In this document: one piece after another, positions 55,693 to 62,374 of the stretch
Position numbering within the stretch: position 1 is the first letter of the stretch
Layout: every line of letters begins with the position of its first letter
Source: a virus
Taxonomy: Duplodnaviria; Caudoviricetes
Virus record (IMG/VR): IMGVR_UViG_3300024249_000184
Coordinates: 1-62,374 of that record
Direction: 5' to 3' (one strand)
DNA length: 62,374 nt
Notes under the pieces: model-generated
The model's input: the letters and a program-made list of their open reading frames with translations, nothing else
Database searches by the model: none
What the model was told of the DNA's origin: nothing
Translations under genes and position numbers: made by a program

Positions 55693-56245
55693 TATGGATC
55701 AATTAGCAACAACCGAAATAGAACCCGCTTACGAACCCGATTACGAGATAACGGATATAGTTTTTTCCGAGCCTTTTGTTTTGCTAAAACCGTTATCGGA
55801 AGGTCGTCCGCACTGGTGGAGCGATAGAGGAAAAGTCCTGCAACTTATTGACGCATTCAAAATGGACTTAACTATATCAGAAGCCTGTGTTAAAGCGGGA
55901 ATTTCCGTAGACCAATATAAATATTTTTGTAAGATACATCCTTACTTTTCTACCGTAAAAGCTAGGTGTAAAAGTTTCGCTCCGATACTCGCTAAAGAGG
56001 GGCTTATAAGCGATTTGAAATCGCCTGATGGCGCGCGTTCCCGCCAATGGTATTTGGAACGCAGACAGCCGCATTTATATGGCCGTGATATAGGAGCATA
56101 CACTCCGCCGCCGCCTGAAGCCGCCACTAAGGTAACGGCCGAGGCTTTCCTTGATAATGAGGGCAAGTTATTAGTTTCACGTCAAACAGCCGAAGTATTA
56201 AAACAAGAATATGGAGACGAGGACGATAGAGATAAAACAGAGTAA
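55685..56245 (+). CDS. terminase small subunit (putative)
   Basis: HTH (I.EAC..AGIS...Y), W.LERR....YG; directly before TerL. Confidence 0.7.
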   Translation: MHNMDQLATTEIEPAYEPDYEITDIVFSEPFVLLKPLSEGRPHWWSDRGKVLQLIDAFKMDLTISEACVKAGISVDQYKYFCKIHPYFSTVKARCKSFAPILAKEGLISDLKSPDGARSRQWYLERRQPHLYGRDIGAYTPPPPEAATKVTAEAFLDNEGKLLVSRQTAEVLKQEYGDEDDRDKTE

Positions 56246-58007
56246 ACTCGCCAATGTTTACGATATCTATAACCGCCACTTCCGCCTATTCGTGCGGGAT
56301 ATTTTAGGTTTGATTAATGAACCGTTCCACGATGAACTGGACGATGAAATAAGCCAGAAGTTTGATGCCGAAAGCCCCACCTATAAAATGGTTAAGCGGT
56401 TTTTTGCCGTATTTACCTACCCGCGCGACCACGGCAAGAGCAAACATCTATCGGTAGCCTACCCGCTTTGGCGTATGGCAAAAGACCATAATGTTAGGAT
56501 ATTGTCAATCTCAAGGACTGGTGCGGTTGCCGAGTCCTTTTTATCTGAAATCGTTTCAAACATTGAACGTAACGAGCTTTATAAAGAATGGGCGGAAAAT
56601 ATAGACCCTATGCGTGAAGGCGTGGTGCCGCGCATGAAACCAACCCGCAAGCAGACTGAAGATTGGAGTGGAAAGTCCATTACTATTGAGCGCGAGGACA
56701 TCGGCTCGAAAGACCCGACAATTTGGGCAACAGGTTTGTTTGGCCAAATATTAGCCCGCCGTGCGGACGTAATTATTCTTGACGACGTGGTTGACCAGCA
56801 AAATAGTATGACCGAGCTTCAGCGCAAAAAGGTTATTGACTGGATAGAGACAACCGTTTTGCCTGTATTAGTGCCAGGCGGCACGCTTATATATCTTGGC
56901 AATACGTGGCACCAAGACGACGTTGTTTCTAAGTTTATGACTGACCCGCGCTTTGTGGTGCAGAAACGGCAGGGTGCGATAATCCACGAGGCCGACCGCC
57001 AAGACCTTTGGCAGAAGTGGGGGAGTATTATGTTAAACATTACCGTGCCGCCAAAGGAAAGGTTTAAGGCCGCGGACGAATACTACCAGCAGAACCAAGC
57101 CGACATGGACGCTGGCTCACAAGTGCTTTGGAAAGAGCGCTATCCCTATTCGCGTTTGTATTTGGAGCGATTACTCAACCCTTACGTCTTTGCGCGCATG
57201 TATCAGTGCGACCCGAGCAATAGGCCTGACCAAGTTATCAAGGACGAATGGATTGAGGCGGCTATGAAAAAGGGTAAACATTTACGCTTTCAGGACACGC
57301 CGCACGAAAAAAACTTTTTGGAAGTATCGGCGGCTGGTATGGACTTGGCTATCAGCCTTGAAGAGGCGGCAGATGATACCGCACTTATTTATCTTGACCT
57401 TGTTAGGCAGGGCTATGACGGCGTAGAGGACGGGGATTATATTATCCGCCAAATCCACCGCGGGAAGTTTACGCCTAATGAACAAAGGACTAAAGCCAAG
57501 ATAGCTTGGATGAGCCACGGCATGGCCACCGTCCGCGTGGAATCCGTGGGCTATCAGGCCTCATTAACCATTGACCTTAAAAATGAGGGCGTGCCAGTTA
57601 CGGCTTACCATACGGGCGGGGAGAAGTTTGACCCTGAAATCGGTATCAACAGCTTGGCCGTGGCTATGGAATTGGGGCAGGTAGTAATCCCCAGTGACCC
57701 GACAGACCCGCGGACAATCATGTTGGCCAGCCAGTTGGCTAACGAAATGCGGGCGTTTCCTGACGGCCACACGGGAGACGCGCTAATGGCGCTATGGTTT
57801 GCATATTCCGAAATTCGTGCTTTAATGGGATCAAGGGTTGGTTTCCCCAAAGGCGGCTTAAGCTTTATCAAAGACTCCCCGCCTGTGCAAACCAAAGAGC
57901 AAAGAGTAGACTTAGAGAAAGTGGCCGACATTGAGGCTATTAAGATACAAGAGAAAGAGCGAAGCGGCTTTGACCGCATGGTGGGCGTATTCGGAGAAAA
58001 AAAATAG
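56211..58007 (+). CDS. terL: terminase large subunit
   Basis: PRDHGKS Walker A, IILDD Walker B, GNTWHQDD, MYQC.P, GMDLAIS nuclease, FP.G..GD..MA. Confidence 0.95.
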   Translation: METRTIEIKQSKLANVYDIYNRHFRLFVRDILGLINEPFHDELDDEISQKFDAESPTYKMVKRFFAVFTYPRDHGKSKHLSVAYPLWRMAKDHNVRILSISRTGAVAESFLSEIVSNIERNELYKEWAENIDPMREGVVPRMKPTRKQTEDWSGKSITIEREDIGSKDPTIWATGLFGQILARRADVIILDDVVDQQNSMTELQRKKVIDWIETTVLPVLVPGGTLIYLGNTWHQDDVVSKFMTDPRFVVQKRQGAIIHEADRQDLWQKWGSIMLNITVPPKERFKAADEYYQQNQADMDAGSQVLWKERYPYSRLYLERLLNPYVFARMYQCDPSNRPDQVIKDEWIEAAMKKGKHLRFQDTPHEKNFLEVSAAGMDLAISLEEAADDTALIYLDLVRQGYDGVEDGDYIIRQIHRGKFTPNEQRTKAKIAWMSHGMATVRVESVGYQASLTIDLKNEGVPVTAYHTGGEKFDPEIGINSLAVAMELGQVVIPSDPTDPRTIMLASQLANEMRAFPDGHTGDALMALWFAYSEIRALMGSRVGFPKGGLSFIKDSPPVQTKEQRVDLEKVADIEAIKIQEKERSGFDRMVGVFGEKK

Positions 58008-58008
58008 G

Positions 58009-58056
58009 TTATCCACAACTCCCGCCCTTGTGGTATTACCCTATCTAAGGCATAAT
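58009..58056 (+). promoter_or_regulatory. DnaA box plus palindrome promoter
   Basis: TTATCCACA 58009-58017; TTGTGG-17 bp-CATAAT; CCCTATCTAAGG 58039-58050. Confidence 0.65.
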
Positions 58057-58062
58057 ATCTTT

Positions 58063-58410
58063 ATGATGACAGCAATGGAAACCCAAATAAAAGAACGAGT
58101 ATGTGACCAATGCAATGGTCACGGCACGCCGTATGTAGGCATGGTTTCTGCTTATGGTTCGGCCTACCGATACGGATACGAGGAGAGGTGTTCCAAGTGT
58201 TTAGGAACAGGCAGGATTAAGGAAGCAACCTTTAATCCCGCAATGCCGTCATTTGAAAAAAAGGTCGCTTCCGCTAAATATAGCGCGGAGGGTTTGAGTT
58301 TAAGAAAATTAACAATTTATTCTGCGCTGGCCTTACTTGCAAAAGTGGTCAACGACAGAGCAGGAGAAAAAGAAAATGGGATTAGAAAAGTTGGAAGCGA
58401 AGTTGGGTGA
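58063..58410 (+). CDS. DnaJ-type CxxCxGxG zinc-finger protein
   Basis: CDQCNGHG...CSKCLGTG; ATG six bases after the -10 box. Confidence 0.7.
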   Translation: MMTAMETQIKERVCDQCNGHGTPYVGMVSAYGSAYRYGYEERCSKCLGTGRIKEATFNPAMPSFEKKVASAKYSAEGLSLRKLTIYSALALLAKVVNDRAGEKENGIRKVGSEVG

Positions 58411-58522
58411 GATGCTAGACAAATTGGAAGATAAGCCGATTGAGTCTTTGCTGAAATTCTTAATCATTTATGTTGTTTTTAAGCAGTTGTTTAAAAATAA
58501 GAACAACAATCAGGGACAATAA
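58376..58522 (+). CDS. small membrane protein
   Basis: GGAG RBS; one hydrophobic stretch. Confidence 0.5.
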   Translation: MGLEKLEAKLGEMLDKLEDKPIESLLKFLIIYVVFKQLFKNKNNNQGQ

Positions 58523-58523
58523 T

Positions 58524-58832
58524 ATGTTCAATTCCTTCTTGATGTTAATCGGATTAGGAATTTATGAACTATTTAAATTCCTGAAACGGCAGGTTGTGTG
58601 GATACCGCTATTGGTTGTTATCTGGTTGGTGCGGCATTACGACTTAATTGAAAAGGCGCGGCCGCTGTTTAGGCAGTGCAATACAAGCGGTGGTAATGTA
58701 GTCCTCATAATCGGATGTGTGCTGGCGGGCATTGCCCTCGGCTCGTTGTTTACGGGAATTATTATGGCGAGCAGGGATCGCAGTAAAATACGCGCGGAAT
58801 ATCAACGCGCATACGAAGCACGACATTATTAA
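58524..58832 (+). CDS. membrane protein
   Basis: Several hydrophobic stretches. Confidence 0.6.
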   Translation: MFNSFLMLIGLGIYELFKFLKRQVVWIPLLVVIWLVRHYDLIEKARPLFRQCNTSGGNVVLIIGCVLAGIALGSLFTGIIMASRDRSKIRAEYQRAYEARHY

Positions 58833-58847
58833 AAAATTGAAAGCCGC

Positions 58848-58877
58848 GGGGTTTCCTCTTGCGAAACCCCCTCTTTC
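58848..58877 (+). terminator. hairpin, possible terminator
   Basis: GGGGTTTC-CTCTTGC-GAAACCCC-CTCTTT. Confidence 0.55.
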
Positions 58878-58892
58878 AAAAAATAAAAATAT

Positions 58893-59084
58893 ATGAATGA
58901 TTTAAAAGTAGCCAGACTTAGCGTCTTATTCTTTAGCGTTATCGCCATCTCATTATCGGTTTACGCTTTTTTCTTTGAGAAAGCTGACCCGCCGTGGTGC
59001 TTGGTGCTTAAAATTGTTGCCGCCTTTATTTTCGTTCTTGCTATGACGGCGATTTTTAAGGTATCAAGGAGCTTTGGCAAATGA
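58893..59084 (+). CDS. 2-TM membrane protein
   Basis: Two hydrophobic stretches. Confidence 0.65.
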   Translation: MNDLKVARLSVLFFSVIAISLSVYAFFFEKADPPWCLVLKIVAAFIFVLAMTAIFKVSRSFGK

Positions 59085-59917
59085 AACTCGCAATTATATT
59101 TCCAACATTAAACCAGCAGGATTTGACCCACACGGCCGTGGATTGCGCTACCAGTAATTTAAACGCGCCGCGCGAGGTGATTGTGTTGGACAATAATTCC
59201 GAAGTTCCGTATGAGACGAGGGGTGAGATTCTAGTTTCGTTAGGTAAAAATATAGGCGTGTATCCAGCATTTTGGGAAGCATTAAAACATACCGATGCGG
59301 ATATCCTCGCCTTTTTTCATACCGATTTATTGATTGCGGAAAAGGGCTGGGACGAGCGCATGATAAAACAATTTGAGGACAACCCTAAGCTGGGGCTAGT
59401 AGGCTTTATCGGATCAAACGAAATTGATTCTGGTGGCGGCCGCGGTTATGGCACGACCTCAAACTTTCAAGGCTTAACCACGGGACACCGCAATAAGCAC
59501 GGGGTAGACAAACAATGGATAGGCAGTCCCGCAAAGGCGCACGGCAGGTCAGACAGCGGGTTTAGCCCAGCGGCCGTGGTGGACGGTTGCGCTATGATAT
59601 TTCGCCGTGCCGTATTGGAGCAAATTAAACAGCGAGAGAATTTCCCGCCGCACCATTTCTATGACCGATTGTTATCCAGCGAAACCCGCGAGGCTGGATG
59701 GACAATGGGCGTGCTGGGAATTGCTTGCGACCACATTAGCGGCCAAACCGTAAACCAAGAGCCAGCTTATAACGCTTTCGCCGAGCAATGGGCAACCACG
59801 CACGGCTTTGCCAAAGGCGATTTGCATAATTGGGATAGTGTGCTTTACAAAGAGGCCGAGCGCCAATGGTTGACCGAATACCGTGATGTTAAACATTTAG
59901 TCCCCTGCCATGTATGA
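59081..59917 (+). CDS. glycosyltransferase family 2
   Basis: IIFP, VLDNNS, FFHTD, VDGC, HFYDR, CDH. Confidence 0.85.
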   Translation: MKLAIIFPTLNQQDLTHTAVDCATSNLNAPREVIVLDNNSEVPYETRGEILVSLGKNIGVYPAFWEALKHTDADILAFFHTDLLIAEKGWDERMIKQFEDNPKLGLVGFIGSNEIDSGGGRGYGTTSNFQGLTTGHRNKHGVDKQWIGSPAKAHGRSDSGFSPAAVVDGCAMIFRRAVLEQIKQRENFPPHHFYDRLLSSETREAGWTMGVLGIACDHISGQTVNQEPAYNAFAEQWATTHGFAKGDLHNWDSVLYKEAERQWLTEYRDVKHLVPCHV

Positions 59918-60105
59918 AACCAAGACAACTGTTAAGGAAATGCAAACATTCAGGCAAACTTTGCTATGATAAAAAGGGCGCGCAAACTGTTATGAATAAG
60001 GACAGGACGAAACGCCTACTCGGAAAAATTTTAAGAATTTACTGGTGTAAGATGTGCAACTTTTGGCACCTAACCACCCAAGCCGTTTATGAGGAGAGAG
60101 TATGA
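59914..60105 (+). CDS. small zinc-binding protein
   Basis: C..SGK..Y...R.Y.C..C..WHLT. Confidence 0.7.
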   Translation: MKPRQLLRKCKHSGKLCYDKKGAQTVMNKDRTKRLLGKILRIYWCKMCNFWHLTTQAVYEERV

Positions 60106-60229
60106 ACGATCCAAAGGGTTTAAAAAAATTAAGGAATAATTGGCCAGCCTGCGGGCGTATACCAAAGCACAAATGCAAAAACTGCAAATGCGTCAGGTAT
60201 AATCCTTGCGGTTGCCAAAAGAAATAACT

Positions 60230-60640
60230 ATGAAAACTATTGGCATGACTGGCAAGCACCATACCGAAGAAACTAAGAAAAAAATTAGTTTGAAAAATAG
60301 TGGAAAGGGCAATGGAAGGTATGGGGTTGCTTGGTCAAATAGTCAAAGAAAAGGAATATCCTACAGAACTCGTGATGAGAAGAATCCAGCATGGAAAGGC
60401 GGCACTGATAAATGGTTTAAGAAGCGTGTGCTTAAAAGGGATAACCATACTTGCCAAATATGCGGATTAAAAGATGATGAGATTATGGTTATGGATCATA
60501 TAAAACCAAAATCTATTTACCCTGAATTACGACACGAGATTACTAATTTACAAACGCTTTGCCCTAATTGTCATGCCAGAAAAACAAATGCCGAAAAAAA
60601 GGAAATTATTAGAATTAAAAAAGCTAGAATAATTATATGA
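60230..60640 (+). CDS. NUMOD3-HNH endonuclease
   Basis: GKHHTEETKKKIS; CQICG...DHIKP...NLQTLCPNCH. Confidence 0.9.
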   Translation: MKTIGMTGKHHTEETKKKISLKNSGKGNGRYGVAWSNSQRKGISYRTRDEKNPAWKGGTDKWFKKRVLKRDNHTCQICGLKDDEIMVMDHIKPKSIYPELRHEITNLQTLCPNCHARKTNAEKKEIIRIKKARIII

Positions 60641-61614
60641 AAATTGCAATTTGCGCCCCATGCCATATACCGCCGACCAAGGACTGGATTTACGCTTTGG
60701 AACGTGAAGCCAAGTTAGGTAATGCCGATGTTTTTATTGTTGATGACAGCGATGGTAAATTAGGCGAATTGCCAGCCAGTTGGCGCGTATATGGCTATGC
60801 CAGTCAGGAAAAAGAGCTAGGCGAATTATATCCCGAATTTGCCAGCATGTTCCATAAGAGTTCGGCCTGTCGCGTATTCGGTCATATTGTGGCCTACCGC
60901 GAGGGCTATGATGTTATTATTGGACTGGACAGCGATTGTGTCGTGCCGTTCTTTTTTGTGCAATCACACCTTTCAACCCTCAATGCCAAAAAAGCCTATG
61001 GCTGGGCAAACCCGCTGGGCAGTTCAGGCTGGTATACCCGCGGCTATCCGTATTCCATGCGGGACTGGCGCGTGGTGGCGAACATGGGTATGTGGGAAAA
61101 TGTCCTTGATCTTAATGGCAAGGACAGGAAAAAGGAAGAACCGAAACGCATTAACGTGGCTGGCTCAAATATCGCTCCCGCGCCGTTGCCGTTCTCTGGT
61201 ATGAATTTTTCCATGCTCCGCGAGGCAATCCCAGGCTTTTTATTCCTACCGAATTTCAGATACCAAGAGGCGGACTTTCGCCGCATTGACGATGTTTGGG
61301 GCGGCTACATTTTCCAAATGCTAATGCGTAAGCGCCGCGAGGCCGTGCTTTACGGGCAACCGATTGTATTTCATGATACAATAGTTATAGCTGAGGAAGA
61401 TGCGGCGGAAGAAAAAGCCATGTATGAATTTGAGGACAGGTTTTTAAGCGCCATAGACAATGCGATGAATTTCAACACTATGGTGGCGCCGCAGTTTATG
61501 TCCTATTATGATTTATATAATTTGTTTGTAGATAAGTTTCGTTCGGAGGCAGGAGCATTTGGCGCACTCGTCCCCGCAATGGACTGGTGGCTAAAAGCAT
61601 TGAAACCAAAATGA
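60637..61614 (+). CDS. RGP (reversibly glycosylated polypeptide / UDP-arabinopyranose mutase, GT75)-like protein
   Basis: SACR.FG, LDSDC, RGYPYS.R, G.W, GMN, R.DDVW.G, V.H. Confidence 0.75.
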   Translation: MKIAICAPCHIPPTKDWIYALEREAKLGNADVFIVDDSDGKLGELPASWRVYGYASQEKELGELYPEFASMFHKSSACRVFGHIVAYREGYDVIIGLDSDCVVPFFFVQSHLSTLNAKKAYGWANPLGSSGWYTRGYPYSMRDWRVVANMGMWENVLDLNGKDRKKEEPKRINVAGSNIAPAPLPFSGMNFSMLREAIPGFLFLPNFRYQEADFRRIDDVWGGYIFQMLMRKRREAVLYGQPIVFHDTIVIAEEDAAEEKAMYEFEDRFLSAIDNAMNFNTMVAPQFMSYYDLYNLFVDKFRSEAGAFGALVPAMDWWLKALKPK

Positions 61615-62249
61615 AATTTGACATAATACTCACATCATGGAATCGGTTAGAATATTTAAAGCGGACGATAGCCTCGCTGATTAGTTCGGGTGCTTTTGAA
61701 GCGGCGGATAGATTTATCATTGTGGACAATGGCTCAACAGAGGAAGGCGTCCATGCCTTTTTGGAAGATTTGCGGCGCGAGCGCGGCGCTTTTTTAGTAT
61801 TGCTCCCGCATAACCGCGGCTGGGGGACGGCGGTGAACGAAGCTCTTGGCTTATCCCGCGCTCCCTATTTGTTTGTTTCCAATAATGACGTTGACTATAA
61901 TACGCCAGATTTTCATAAAAAAATGCTGGAGATTTTTGAGGCTAATAAAATCCAGTCCCAAAGCCCCAAAGAAATCGGCATATTGGGTGTATGGCGGCAT
62001 ACCTCGCACGGCTTTGTCAGGGGCGGCGTGCAAACAGCCTCATTCAGGGAAATGGACAACGTGCCTGCCGTGGGTTGGATGATGCCTAAGTCTGCTATGG
62101 AAAAGGTGGGTATGCTCCCCGAACATGGACCGTGCTTAACAAAGGGTGGCAACGGCGAGGACACCAGTTATGTTAACCGAATGAAAGAAGCGGGATACTT
62201 GGTCGGTGTCCCGAATGAAGATATTGCAATTCACGTTGACGGTTATTGA
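61611..62249 (+). CDS. glycosyltransferase family 2
   Basis: SWNR, VDNGST, N.G...A.N, SNND, GED. Confidence 0.88.
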   Translation: MKFDIILTSWNRLEYLKRTIASLISSGAFEAADRFIIVDNGSTEEGVHAFLEDLRRERGAFLVLLPHNRGWGTAVNEALGLSRAPYLFVSNNDVDYNTPDFHKKMLEIFEANKIQSQSPKEIGILGVWRHTSHGFVRGGVQTASFREMDNVPAVGWMMPKSAMEKVGMLPEHGPCLTKGGNGEDTSYVNRMKEAGYLVGVPNEDIAIHVDGY

Positions 62250-62374
62250 TATGGCTAAATTTGGCTATGATGATGAATTGGAGGACGAACCCAATGCGGC
62301 AGACTTGCGCGCCATAGAGCAGGAATTGGAACAGGAAACTCTAATGGCCGACCTGAAAAACGATTACAACGACG
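62227..62374. repeat. terminal direct repeat, right copy
   Basis: Matches 1..148 at 147 of 148 positions. Confidence 0.97.

Noticed and set aside
1-62374. Alternative genetic code (TGA or TAG recoding)
   Set aside because: Core genes are intact and densely packed in code 11, and all three stop codons end genes.

Overview
The window is almost certainly a complete, circularly permuted tailed-phage genome of siphovirus type. The unique length is about 62.2 kb, and 1..148 repeats at 62227..62374 with one mismatch. Every credible gene is on the + strand, and I found no integrase, reverse transcriptase, CRISPR array or stop-codon recoding. The modules are: terminase (55.7-58.0 kb); a glycosylation-rich block spanning the junction (GT2s, an RGP-like protein, an RmlB-like dehydratase, a HAD); a portal fused to a kinase-like domain; a block of SAM methyltransferases, a GT and a ~46-repeat beta-strand protein; head, neck and tail genes (19.8-39.5 kb); and early/replication genes (40-52 kb: PD-(D/E)XK nuclease, replication initiator, two DNA methyltransferases, HU, an initiator-type tRNA-Met). 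The strongest candidate for an undescribed system is the unit at 52.2-53.4 kb. There, two unrelated ORFs sit in matching rRNA-operon-like wrappers: a boxA-like motif, a perfect 14-bp inverted repeat enclosing the gene, an identical RBS and stop tail, and a covarying GNRA hairpin. These are followed by a ~320-nt highly structured RNA carrying a canonical 11-nt GAAA tetraloop receptor. Other highlights are a two-frame nested C5 methyltransferase, the portal-kinase fusion, a possible donor-strand filament module, systematic leaderless promoters, a palindromic operator regulon next to DnaA boxes, and a small RNA with an anti-SD-like loop. A CPR/Patescibacteria host is only an inference. All calls come from motif reading by eye; no database searches were run.
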